Below are positions 26,121 through 39,119 of a stretch of DNA of 64,000 nt, in pieces. Under the pieces are notes generated by a model that was not told the DNA's origin, searched no databases, and saw nothing but the letters and a program-made list of their open reading frames with translations. The stretch is taken from NCBI GenBank assembly GCA_038087875.1, contig JAXLNO010000326.1:1-64000 (forward strand), in the 5' to 3' direction. Positions within the stretch are counted from its first letter, which is position 1. Each line of letters opens with the position of its first letter. Origin of the DNA: Malacoraja senta (lineage: Eukaryota). The position numbers and the translations under genes were made by a program.

Positions 26121-26359
26121 CTGAAAAAAAATTGTAGGTTGCAGAGCAATTTCAAATTGAGAAAACCACAGGTTCGGAATAGCTGGCAGCAATCTGAGCT
26201 GACATTCTGGGGCAAGTGGAAGTTAATGGTCGTCTTAGCAACAGAGCAAGAAAATAGGCCCCTCGGCCCAACCCAACCAAAATGCCCAATCGAAGCAAGG
26301 CCCATCAATCTATGGGTTGACAGTAATCTTTCTAAACCGCTCTGTCCAAATGTCTTTTG

Positions 26360-27990
26360 GGGAAAAGATTTAATAGGAATCTGTGGGGTAACTTTTTCAC
26401 ACAAAGGATGGTGAGTGTATGGAACAAGCTTCCAGAGGAGGTAATTGAGGGAGGGACTTTTCCAAAGTTTAGGAAACGGGTCGATGGATAGGACAGGTTT
26501 GGAGGGGTATGTGCCAAACACGTGCAGGTGGGACAGGTCTAGCTGGACATTGTTGGCCGCTGTGGGCAAGATTGGCTGAAGGGCCTGTTTCCACGCTGTA
26601 TCGCTCAATAACTATAAAATGTTATTATTGTACCCACTTCAATAACCACCCGGGACAGCTTGTTCCATATACCCACCAATCTGTGTGACGATGTTAACCC
26701 TTGAGTTCGTATTCAATGGTTCACCTCTCACCGTAAGCCTCTGCCCTTTAGATTCTTCTACTCCGAGAAAGAATACCTGTGCATATTCCCCCTCCCCCCA
26801 AGATGTTATACATCTCTATAAGATCACCCTTCAATCTCAATATTCCATAACACTTTATTATCACATGTATCGAGGTTCAGTGAAATGCTTGTTCAGCTCA
26901 CAACCGGGTAAAACCATACAACAGACCTCAACTAGGCTGTACACAAGAGTCGCCGCATTAATCGCTGCACGTGGCCACAACTCCCCAACCCCCGCTGGCC
27001 TCCTTTGTTCTTGCCGTCCCCCACTGGGTCTCCATTTATTATTGCCATCCTCCCCTAGGTCACCCTGTTCTTGATGGCCCTATGCGGGCTCCCATCTTTG
27101 TTCTCGTTGACCTCCCCTGAATCCCTATTTATTCTCCATGGCCCTCAGCCCGGTCCCATCTTTGCTCTCGGTGCCCCCCCCCCCTCCTCTCCTGTGGTTC
27201 TGTAATCTGGAATGGGCCAAAAGATTTGGACAGACACAAGAGCACCACGCTCCAGATGAACAAAGAATAATGCCTCCTGCAGACCAAAGAATAAAGTTCT
27301 AGCTTGCCCAACCTCTCGCTATATCTCATGCCCTCATGTACTGGGAACATCCGCTTAAATCTTCTTTGCACAACCTTCCATCTTAATGCTATCTTTTCTG
27401 AAATAGGGTGACTAAACTGAACAGAATACAAGTGCGACCAATGTCTTGTACAACTGTAACATATGTTCCAACTTTAATATAGAATTTCCCGAATGATTAA
27501 GGCCAGCGTGCCAAAAGCCACCTTCACCACGATCTACCCGTCATGCCATTTCTTTGGTAATTAAGTACTTGTATTCCTGGATACTCTCCAGGGCATTTCC
27601 GTTCAACGTGAAGGTCCTATCCTGGTTCGACTTCACAAGCTTACATGTCCAAACTTACTAACCATACCTTAACATCGCCATTGAATTCATTTCTTCAGAG
27701 GAGACAGCAGTGGGACCAACATGGACCCCAAGTGGCGCACCATTCACAGGTCTCCAGTCTGAAAAGCAATCTTTCACCATCACTCTGCTTCCAGCCATCA
27801 GCCAATTCTGTGTCCAGTTAGGCATCTCCCCGTGGACACCATACGATCTAACCTACCACAGGGAATCTCATAGACTGAATCTGTCTCAGGTTCAGCTCTC
27901 ATCAACCTTCTCAGTTGCTTCTTCAAAAGAGCCAATCAAATTTGTGAAAGACAACCTCCAGAGCCATAACCAATGTGACTATCCCCAATA
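26360..27990. mobile_element. Cluster of old CR1 fragments in both orientations
   Basis: Degenerate FFTQR/LELYSL segments and a CR1 tail near 26600. Confidence 0.7.
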
Positions 27991-28014
27991 TCTGTCTTTT
28001 TAAATACACATACT

Positions 28015-28981
28015 ATAATAATAATAATAATAATAATCATTTTATTTACTGGCGCCTTTCTAAAACCCAAGGACACCTTACAATGCATAGAATCACAACA
28101 AAACAAAAAACACATAATCGGAATAAATTAAATAAGAAAACACCACAGTACACAAATCAAGGACAGAATTCAATTTCAAAAGCACCAAAAGAAAATAAGA
28201 AACACAATTTGAGGAGAGAGCAGCGGCGACCAATTCGCGCCAGCGTCCACTCCCCCTCCGACCGCCATCTTGTACACGGACTGACAGGCACAGGCACAGC
28301 ACACAAAATCATCCCCCCACAATGACCACCACTGTGGGGGAAGGCACAATGTCCAGTCCCCAACCCAGTTCTCCCCAGAGTCAGGCCCATCGAGGCCACC
28401 ACAGTTGCCTCTACGGAGGCTCGATGTTCCTGGCCGTCGGGAGAGTCCTCGGAGCGGCTGGAACGGCCGGTTTCCCGACGGAGTCGATGGCACCTGAAGC
28501 CGACAGGGCCGCGCTGATTTGGAGCCACGAGGCTCCCGATGTTGGAGTCGGCGCCGCCGCCCGCAGCTGGTCGCCCCGCAGTCCCGCTGCCCGGAGGTGT
28601 TGAAGTCGGCGGTCCAGCTCACCGGAGCTCCAACGCGTCGATCCAGCGCGGCGACTCTGGCAAGGCATCGCCCGCTACGCTCCCCGATAGCGCTCCAGCG
28701 CTGTGCCGCCACCGAAGCTGAAGGTTCTGGGCGGTCCCCGTCAGGAAACGGCGCTCCATGCCCGCTGGTAGGCCACGAGGACGGGTCGACGAGGCAGCCT
28801 GGAGAAAAAGCTGCCTCACCGACCAGGTAGGGACCTAGAAATAGTGTCCCCCTTACCCCCCACATTAAAAGTCAAAAAACCCCAAACAAACAAAGAAATA
28901 AAAAACACTAAAACTAAAGAAACAGTGAATTTGACGGACGGCTGCTGTTTAGCAGCCGTTCCTCCAAGATGGCGGCTCCCA
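28015..28981 (-). mobile_element. GC-rich non-autonomous retroposon with L2-like (TAT)n tail
   Basis: Head GGGAGCCGCCATCTTGG followed by hairpin ACGGCTGCT..AGCAGCCGT; tail GTAAGGTGTCCTTGGG...AAAGGCGCC..AAATAAAATG(ATT)n. Confidence 0.7.
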
Positions 28982-29462
28982 CTGTACATCTTACCACTTT
29001 ATATCCTCTCCCGTAACTGTCTTACCACAAACATTAGGCTTACTAATTATGCTTCTCGTGGTTCCTCGTCTAGAGTTATCACGTTTTTCCTGGCAATACT
29101 TCTCAAACAGAAGCACATCATTATCTACCCTCAAATGTTCAGTACTTCACCCACGGTTAACAATGATTCACATCTCTCAGCCAGGGCTCCTGCAGTTTAT
29201 GCTCTAACTTTTAACAGTGGCCTTAGATACATCTAATCACAGGCTGCAGAGATTTACTGATCTTCATACGGTTAAGGACATCCAGCACCACCGCAACTGT
29301 TATACAACTGCACTCAAGACTTCAAGTTTTTCTTCGTGGTAAATACCGAAGAGCAATTATAATCGAAGTCCTTGCCCACCTCCTGCAGCTCTACACATAG
29401 ATGATCATTGAGGGTATCCTTTCACTCTCCAGTTACCCCTTTTCCTTTTATATAAGTAAAAT

Positions 29463-29899
29463 TTTGGGCAGTGAGAAGGTGCTATAGACCTGCACGGGAA
29501 GGTAGACGCTCTCGCCCCCACGAGTCTCGGGCAGATGGGGTTCGTCAGCCTGGGAAGGCAGTCCATCTATGAGAGGGAAAACTCTGATTTAAAACCTCCA
29601 CTGCCTTGTGGCCATATCCAGTCATGGAAAAGGCTCCAGGAGTAAATCTCAAGAAAATCTGGAGTCGGAGTCCCTAAGGCAGTTCGTCGTTGTCTACAAC
29701 CTCGCTCTGGCAGCTCCTGCGACGGCGCTGGTGCCAAACTGTAACGGCCCTGCTGTTCCATTGGAACGATCATCGACGTGGAGAGGGGGGACGTGCTGCA
29801 TGGGCAACAGCATGTTCTCCATATGACATCGCCCACACATCACCTGCAATCTAGGATGCGTCACCCATGGTCAGTCATGACCAAGGGAGGCCTACTACT
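29463..29899 (+). mobile_element. Short RTE-related non-autonomous element
   Basis: RTE-like 5'UTR motif (CAGCCTGGGAAGGCAGTCCATCTATGAGAGGGAAAACTCTG), 3' end GGCCTACTACT, and GTAAAAT on both flanks. Confidence 0.6.
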
Positions 29900-30811
29900 T
29901 GTAAAATCTATTTGGCTTCTGCTTAATTATGTGCAACCATGTGCACCCTTATTCCCCTCCTGATTTTGTTCTTAAGTATCACACCTCTCATACTTCCCCA
30001 AGGAAAGCATTGATCCTTGCAGCCTATATCTAACCCATGTCCCCTTTTCCCTAACCAGAGCTTCAATTTCTCTCATCATCCTGGGTTCCCTACTTGTACT
30101 TCACTACACAACATGCATATCTAGAAATTTCACTCACAATTTTAAAACTTCCCCTTTCAGACGTCCCTTTACCCACATACGACTTACCCCAATGATTGTT
30201 CCCATCTCATACTGTCAAAGGTGGACTTCCACCACCCAATTTAGAATTTTACATTGAAGGCCAGAAATGTCCTTTTACACAGGGTTTCAAAGCTGATTGA
30301 ATTGTAGTCATTGGTCACAAAGTGCTCGTCCACTGACATCTCAGTTTGAACCGTTAGAATACTACTTTGGATTCTGTCCCCCAGCCAATCAGTTTAAACC
30401 CTCATTTGCAGCCCTTTTAAAACTGCCGTCTCCTTCCAGTTCATGTTCTTCGTCTGCAGGTCACTTCTAACCCAGAAAAGATCCAAATTGTCCAAATATC
30501 TGAAACTCTGACCCTAGCATCAACTCCTCATTCGGGCATTCGTTTTAACTGTACGTGCATTAACGTCGCATATACCAAAGTACTATGAAAAACTTGGTCT
30601 TGCGTGTAATCCAAACAGATCAGATAAACCACACACAGATACAATCAGTTAAAAGTCAAGAACAGATGGAGCAAAGGTGGTGATACAGAGTGCAGAATGT
30701 AGTTCGCAGCATGGTAGCGCATCAGTTCCTCAGACAAAGTGCAATGTCCTTGATGAGGTTGATGTAAATAGGTAAAAAGGTAAATTGGGACAGCAGTAAT
30801 ACACCCCTAGT

Positions 30812-30906
30812 GTCTGAAGAAGGGTCAAGACCCGAAACATCACCCATTCCTTCTCTCCAGAGATGCTGCCTGTCCCGCTGAGTTACTCCAGCATTTTGTG
30901 TCTACC
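30812..30906 (+). ncRNA. Penelope-type pLTR fragment with minimal hammerhead ribozyme core (mutated)
   Basis: CTGAAGA-A-GGGTC(aa)GACCC-GAAAC-ATC; the cleavage triplet region reads ATC instead of GTC. Confidence 0.7.
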
Positions 30907-32143
30907 CTAGCTTCTGAGAGGTTCGTTCACGAATTTCACAAGAGTGTGGAAGAAATGGCCCTCGAATCAGGTGCGATGTTATCTCCCGATATTTAATATA
31001 AAATTTGGATGATTGTTAATTTTGAGATAATCGGATAATTTTGTTCCAAGTATTTGCGATTTTTGCCTTTCAGTTATCTGCAAACATTCTAATCACTTTC
31101 CACCACCGCAACTGGATTTGAACCAGTATTTGTGGATGATTAGTCAACATGGTAGGCAGAGAATTGACATTTCAAGATTAATCCTGATGAGGGCACATTG
31201 ACACATGTTGGAGGGAAAACAAAACCAGGATATTCCCCATAAATAACAAGGGCCTAGACACTCCTGAGAAACACCCACACAAATCCATAGATCCCTAAAG
31301 CCAGCAGGACACAAAGACAACGTTTAGCATTCTTGTCATTAGCTGCAGCATAAAATGCAAATGCAAGGAGGCCTCGTTACAAATTAATAGGGAGTTGATT
31401 AAGTCTTAAGTGCAATTTTGATCTCCGAACTATGGGAAAGATGCCTTTGTACTGGAGAAGATGCCGAGGAGATTGATCAGGATATTGCTCGGAAATGAAT
31501 ATTTCAATTATCAGCAGAGACTGCGGTGATTTAAGTCATCGTCCTTGAAGTTGGGTTGGACAATCAGTGATCCGATAGAGGTACAGAAAACTATGAGATG
31601 TAGCGTCGATGGGAAAAATAGTTTTCTCCATAGTAGAGGTGGCTAACACCAGGGGGGCTTCGATTTAATGTGGGGACCTTGAGGTTTAATGGATGATCTT
31701 TCAGGAAGAATCTTTCAGCTGTGATGGCTGCAGTCTGGGACACACTGCCTGAGGTGGTGTTGGAGGTAGGTACTCTGTCACAACATTGCAGGGGCACCTG
31801 GATGTCCATTCAAACTGTAAGTGGGCGACAGACCAAGTGCTCAGAAATGTGATTAGTGTGGAGAAAATGACAGGTGGGATACCGGTTAAAGGCTTATAAC
31901 TGCGCAGAATCTGATTCTGGAATCTGATATTCTGACAACTTTTGCGGCAACTTAAATAATTTGTTTCCCAAAAGAGGGCTGATTTATCAGACAATTCCTG
32001 CATCCGCCCAGCTGTCCCTGTAGATGTCAGCTCTCTGTACTCAGCCCCTTCCCTATTCCCACTTCCGTGTGAACCTCATTTCTTGCATCAGGTGCACACG
32101 CACTGTCAGGACATCATATATATGTCACAGAAGGCTCACAAAC

Positions 32144-32236
32144 CTTTTTGTTCCTTTGATGTAGAGGCCACTGAATCCCCTCCCCAGTCACCACCTTCAG
32201 CCACGATGTCAGCAGGCGTTCACAAACTCGGTAGCT
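32144..32236 (-). pseudogene. NLR first coding exon, copy A, start codon reads GTG
   Basis: ttgtttatttcag|...ATC GTG GCT GAA GGT...CAA AAA G|gtttgt; (M)AEGGDWGGDSVASTSKEQK. Confidence 0.65.
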
Positions 32237-33229
32237 CTGAAATAAACAATATTAATAGAACCATCAGGTGACAATTGAATGTCAAGGAAGACATTGCCTT
32301 GTGAACCAACAAACAGCATTACAGTGCAGCGGAGATGTGGAAAACACCCCATCCAAACAAGATGGTATACCCCTACAAATTAGCAAACAATAAAAGCAGG
32401 AGTAGACCACCTAGCTCTTCATGTCTGCCCTGTCATTCATAAGACGTTGTCTGATCTATCCAAGGCAGCTATTCATCACGTACCAGATTCCTGAAGCTTT
32501 CAAAACCCCTGATCTCCGTATCACTCTTCCAGACCAAACACGGTCAATCCTCAACATCCACATCTCGCCTGTTTGGAGGCTTCAACTCACAGGGAAAGAG
32601 GAAAAATACCCACTGATGGGGAATTACTGTCACACTCTGCTGGCCCTATTCTTACCACAACCCTGCCATCCAGGACAAAGGCTTCCACACCTCCATGTTA
32701 CCCATTGCTAAATTCCCCACTAACTGGAACGGGGAATAGTAAGATTAAACGAGAACCTACCAGTTTGAAGTTTGATCTTTATTTTATGAGGAGTTACGAC
32801 GAGGGATTACGTGAAGAGCCCATCAGCACGCATGCGCATCAACCTTCAAAGCAGCGGTGTGGAGTCACAGACAGGATCCGATTGACCTGAGAATAGTAAG
32901 ATTCAAGACACTAGAAATACCAGTTAGCTTTATGAAGAAGGGTTTAGTAGTGGAGGGCACGTAATCCCTCATCGCAATTCCTCATAAAATAAAGATCAAA
33001 CTTCAAACTGGTAAGCTCGTTTAATCTTACTATTTTACTTCGGAGTCACGTGAGTGACTACGTGAAGATTTTAAAGCTGTGACTCCATGCCGTGGAACGA
33101 ATCCATGCATCACACACTGTATAGTTGACAAACGAAGAATGGAAACTGTTCAGTCATGGTATTCGAACTGTAACAATTTAATGGAAAACAAAACAATACA
33201 ACAGTAGTCACCTCTCTACCCGAGAGGGA

Positions 33230-34206
33230 CTATGCAATATAACTTAAAACTGAGTTAGCAAACACGCTCGTTCTCGCTAAAGGTTTATTAGAAAACATCT
33301 GGAACGTGCGTGCTGAGGACCACCCTGCGGCCGACAGAATCTGGTCCAGTGGAACGTCCATGCGGTCCAGCGGACGTAGCTGCAGCCCTGGTGGAATGAG
33401 ATTTGAACATTTTAGTATCGACACCTGAATGGGCTAGAACTAGTTTGCGCCACCTGGAAATGGTCTGGGTAGAGACACTGTTGTGTGGCTTCTTATGGCT
33501 GATTAGTAGTGCTAGCTCCGAACCTCTAAGCTCTTTGGTAACTTTCATATATTGCCCGAGGTAACGAACTACACACAACTCGGGATCCAAAGGATATGCT
33601 ATGAACTATAATTTAAGTCCCGAGGACCCTGGTCTACTTTGTTTAATGTTGTCGTAAACGAAAAAGGTGAACCCACTGTCCGAAGTGAGCATACTATCCA
33701 ACCGTAACTTTTGCAAGGATTGGACCCTCTGAGCCGACACTAAAGCCATCAGCATGACCAGTTTGTGCGTCAGCTGGAGTAGAGACAGGGAAAATGGTGG
33801 AGCCCATGAACATAGTGATTTAAGAACCACCCCTACATCCTAAATATCTGTGTATCTGGGCCTGGGAGGGTTAGAATTGAAAACTCCCTTCATGAACTTA
33901 GAAATTAATGGATGCGATCCCACAGCCAGTTGTTGTGAACCTGAATGTAAATATGACGAAAGAGCACTCCTTGCACTATTTATTGCACTATAACTTAATC
34001 TCTCATCATGGTATAAGTGAGAGTAACTCCAGAACATGTGTGATATGCACTTCGTCATACAGTATATCATACTGTGCACAGAACAATTCCCATTTCCTGA
34101 TATCCAATGCATATTGTTTCTGTGTACTGCTTCTCCATGCTGCAGTTAAAACATCCACCGTACGCTCAGCTAGTCCCAGTCCAAGGAAAGGTCTTCTCAA
34201 AACCTG
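33230..34206 (-). pseudogene. DIRS-2 tyrosine recombinase ORF (frameshifted)
   Basis: ALVSAQRVQSL, KQSRPG, HSTR and AAGWSS motifs. Confidence 0.9.
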
Positions 34207-34744
34207 CAAATTAACAAATTGAGTCGATCATGCAGAGGATGCACTTCGCCGGAGCTAGGGATAATCAATAACGACTTGTGTGTAGTTATCCTCCAGACTG
34301 GTTGTACCACCATGCCGAGAACAAGCGGGTACCATGGCTGAGTGGGCCAATCAGTGACTACCAGAATGCCAGAGGCAGAGTCCTGCTGAATCTTTTGCAG
34401 ACAGCGAGTGACAAGGCAGAACAGGGGGAATGCGTAGAAAAACATTCCTTCCCAATGTAGCGAGAACGCGTCTACAGCTACAGCCCCTGGGTCTGATTCC
34501 CACGAAACATATTTAGGTAACTGATGGTTTAACCTTGAAGCGAACAAATCCATATCCAGTGTTCTGTACCTCGAAATAATGTCCTTAAATACTCTATGAT
34601 TCAACATCCATTCTGTGTTGTCATTGAATTTACATGACCTGGTGTCCGCCACTGTGTTGAATCTACCTGGTAGGTAGATTGCTGAAACCCAAATATTCTG
34701 AATAATGCACCAGTGCCAAATGAGGTTAGCTAATTTATCACAGG

Positions 34745-34884
34745 ATAATAATAATAATAATAATGGATTTTATTTACGGGCGCCTTATACCGAGGTCTCA
34801 AGGACACCATACAGAGATTTATAGAAAACATATAATCAGAATTTAAAAAAAATAGGTTATAAAGACCAATACATAAATCAGGGA
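34745..34884 (-). mobile_element. L2-like 3' tail fragment inserted in DIRS-2
   Basis: (TAT)n tail and GGTGTCCTTGAG...AAGGCGCC...AAATAAAAT, interrupting the RNase H frame. Confidence 0.7.
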
Positions 34885-37800
34885 CAGAATTGATACCACC
34901 CATGTGATTTATGTAAGCTACAGCAGTAGTATTATCTATCTGTAACTGAACATGCAGCTGCTGCATGTGTGCACAATCAGCTTTCAGACCATATAAGGCT
35001 GCAAGCAACTCCAAATAGTTAACCCCATGCACCTGTAGAAAAGATAGTTCATGCACAGTCCATCTGCCACCACAGCTAGAAAGGGTGTCAGTCGCTCCCC
35101 AACCTAAAGCACTTGCATCAGTCTGTAATACCATTGGATGGATTTCAATTGAAATATTGCCAGAACAATTGTCAAGATTGAATATCCACCACTGGAGCTC
35201 ATCAATTGCCTCAACCGATAATTGCATGGCCCTGTCAAAATGGCCCAAATTATTTTTAAGTGCTTGGATCTTTGCAATTGCTGATAATGAAGAGGCCCAA
35301 ATTTTGCTGCTTGAAATGCAGCAACCAATTTCCCAATTAAACTTGCCACTTGTCGAATTGAAGGCAGCTGATGTGCAATCATATTGCTACAGGACTCTAT
35401 TAACTTCAATCTCTTGCCCTCGGGCAAAGTTACAACCAGGTGATTGGAGTTAATAGTGAATCCCAAGTAATCCAAGATAGTGGATGGAGTCAACCTGCAT
35501 GTTACTTGATGAATTAGGAAACCCAACTTTTCAAACACAAACTTAGTGGCTGAAACTGCCGAAATAGCTAATTCCATAGTTTTGCCTATGATGAGGATGT
35601 CATCTAGGTAAGCCATCACTTTGTGCCCCTAATGCTCGTAAAAGAGCCACTGCAGGTTTTAGTATTTTAGTGAACAGCCTAGGAGCTGAGGTCAACCCAT
35701 TAGGCAGGGCTTTAAATTGCCATAACTGCCTCATCCAGCTAAACTTCAGGTACTTCCTGTGTTCTTTGTGAATAGGGACCGAATAATAAGCATCCTTGAG
35801 TTCAATACATGCCATATAACATCCCCTGGAAATTAAATGTTTAGCTGTAACAAAGCTTTCCATTTTGAAATGTTTGTGCTGCACAAATGTGTTTAATTGG
35901 GTTAAATCCAATATGATGCGGCACCCCGCATCCTTCTTTTCTCTGGTGAAAATATTGGACACAAACTGGTGTGGCTCATGCCCGGTTTTCTCAATTACCC
36001 TTTTTTTTTACACAGAGTTTCAATTTCAGCCTGGACTTCCAAATCATTCTTTTTTTAATGCAAAAAGGCACGGCTTGCAACATGCTGCGTGGGTGGCAAC
36101 GTGCCCGTAAATTCTATTTTAAACCCTTCAACACTATGCAGTATGAACAAATCAGAAGTAATCCAACGCCACTCACGCAAAAAGAAACGTAACCTACCAC
36201 CAACATGCAATAACTCTACACTCGGTATGTTACAATGTGAACCAGACCCACCCACCTCCGTACTAGATGGATTCTGGCCAGTTATTTCCTTCCCCGATGT
36301 TTGGGGTTTTGTGGTACTTGTGGACGGTAGCTGCGCATCTTCGTAGTGGGTCGACTCGGTCCTTGCCCTAAAAAAGACTTGCGTCCGGTTCTTCCCGACC
36401 TCATTGGGTACAGAATAAGGCTGGAAACGGTGGAACGACGACGATGACGACGGCTTGTTCCCTGGTGGAGCCCGAAGAAGCCCCACAGCATTAGACTCCT
36501 CGTCGAGGTCTTTCACCTGGCTGGACAGGTCATCCCCAAACAGCAAGTTTGGCGGCTGCACATTACTAGATTTGCAGAACCCCGCAAACTTGGGGTTGAG
36601 ATCGGGACGAATGGCATTCTTCCGAAAACAATTGATCTCAAAGTGTGCCTTGCACAACAATGCCATTGCGTTCCGCTGCGCATCCGATAATGTGGAGCCG
36701 TCCAGCGAGCTGGCGAAAGCTGTCAGACCTGACCCCAGCAGATCCAGAATTCTCTGGAGCTTCCTTTCTTGGGTCTTAATCCCGCTCCCCATGTGGTTCC
36801 ATATGGAACTGTTTATCACCAATACTTTCAGGGATACCGCATGGTTGTCGCCCTAATGACCTGCTCCTGCAGCTGGTGGGAGACCAGATATTTTATACTT
36901 GCCGCCAGCTCTTCCTCCAGCGGCTCTCCAACAAGCAACAGCACCGCAAATTTGGAAATCATTCCGGATACCTCCGCTTCCCGTGGGTCCCGCATCGAGC
37001 GATCGTCACCACAGGACTCATCTCCACTCCCATCTTCGGATGGGGAGACGTCATGCAGCCCTCGAAGAGGTGCTCCTGCGGGTTCCCGAGCCCCGCTGTG
37101 GTACGACTCCCGACCACGGAGCGTATTTTGTTGGAGCATTCTCTCCATGAGCTGCTTTATTTGGGAAAGGCATCCAGCCATCCTTCCCACTCTGGGAGGC
37201 GAATCCTCCCGGCCAGACTCTTCTGAGTCTACGGGCCTGTTGGACTTGCACTTTGCTTTCCCCCGCGGGGTATGCAAAGTGCTGTCCATGGGCACCGAGC
37301 CCGAAGTCGCTGGCTGTGCAGCTGTCAGCGACCGCGATGGTGAAACGGACTGCCGTACACCCACGGTCCTCCGAAGCGGTTCTCCCTGCAGTCTTGCGAG
37401 CCTTCACCCTCGCGTTGTCCATCCTGTAACGATAAGAAAAAAAATTCCACCGTAGGTGAGTTTTCATACTCACCTGAGGTCTTTTAAAAGGACCGCTGCT
37501 GGAGCTGTGCGCCAGCCAGCCAGTCAGCGCACCATGTGTTAGACGTTATGATGTGCATGCGTGCATGCGTGCTGACGGGCTCTTCACATAGTCACTCACG
37601 TGACTCCGAAGTAAAATAAACCATTCCATGGGCCAACTGCAAACGTCCCAACTCTGCTGGAAACTGTAGTCCCCACTGCTCCCATGGCACATTCCACCAC
37701 ATCCCTGGAGTTCCCATTCCAGAATAGAAGGATTATATCCCAGGCCTGGACTCTGCTGGGTCTCCATGATGTCAGGTGATGTCTGCAGTCTCACCACCAG

Positions 37801-39119
37801 TCCCATTTCACTGGGGAATCATCTGTCTCATCTCTACAGGACGGTGCCCAAACCCGCCTAAAAGGTTCATTGGGCGGCGTTGCTGGGAGGGAGCTGGAGA
37901 CGTCAGGCGCTAGGAGTGGCCCAATAGGAGGGTGAACTGGGCTCATGCCCACAGTGAGGTAGGTGGAGGCGCCCCGCGGGCCACAAAGATGGGTGAGGAG
38001 AGGGAGGTCAGTTCACAGGAACTGCACCAGGACATCGAACTACTGAACTGTTGACCAAACATATGTTCCTCTCAGCACTCAGCTCTCCAACTGATTCATC
38101 CTCAACAAACAGGGATTATCCTTTGCTATCTTGCAATTCTCCATTAAATGGTCCTACTTCTGGTCCTGAACTATCCCAGCTGTGGACAGGCGATCTCTCT
38201 CTACCTTTAATTAACCTCTAGCATCTAAATCAAACGTATTTGGTTATCTTACCGATGTGTGGGATCAGGCCGAGCACATTTTTCCTAATTTGTAATAAAG
38301 ACAAAGTGCATTTACTTTATTGATTATAATAGTAAATACTGAAAACAGTGGAAAGTGCAATGGTGGATGATCCATTATCAGAACTGGGACTGTAATCAAA
38401 TGGAGCTCAATCTGCTGTGTGCTTCCAGCATGGCAGCATTTTATCTTATTCCTCAGATCTTCTACAATAGCAATGTTTCTTTAAATTTCCATGCCCAAAA
38501 AAAGTTGCAAAATTCCTGGTCAATAGATTTGTGCAAATGCCATACTTCCACTCATATACCCGACAGTCCCAACTCGTTAGTTCTCATTTCATTATTCAAA
38601 TATGTACAAAATGCCTTCCATGCGACAAGTCCTCAAAGTACATTTTCCTCTTACTACCATTCTGCTGCACCGTCTCCTAGGATCACTCTCTCCGCTGTGA
38701 TCAGAGGGTGATAAAAATGAGCAACACTCCTTTACTCTGGCAACACAGGAAGTTGCTGGCCAAAAATAAATGAAAACGGGAATAACAAGTTCAACATCTG
38801 ATGCCCCAATTTCATTATAAATAATTACCGTGAACGTTTGGCCATTTTGTAACTGAAACAAACTCCAACATTTACTTTACAAATGTATAGATCTGTGTCC
38901 TTGTGCAACATGAATCTCCACCAACACATCCAATGACAAAAGCAGCAGCAGCTGTTGCTGAACTTTTCTGCTTCAAACTATCACTGGGACACATTTAGTC
39001 ACAACAATAACTTCAATGTCCCCACAGACAAGAGCGAATCAAATTCAGTGGGGACATTTAACCCAAGTCTCTCCCCAAGATTACACCCGTCCATTGGGGA
39101 CCGGCGGGAAAATACTCAC

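Larger units (their letters stand above)
32736..37618 (-). mobile_element. DIRS retrotransposon (DIRS-2), structurally complete but frameshifted
   Basis: gag ~36055-37422; RT (LPNGLTSAPRLFTK, AYLDD); RNase H (LQTDAS, INHMGG); methyltransferase-like (DLFASRLNHQ, YAFP); YR (KSHSTRAA); ITR/ICR termini. Confidence 0.96.

Noticed and set aside
31100..31150. tRNA-like box B (GGTTCAAATCC) on the minus strand
   Set aside because: Isolated motif with no box A or stems that I can support.
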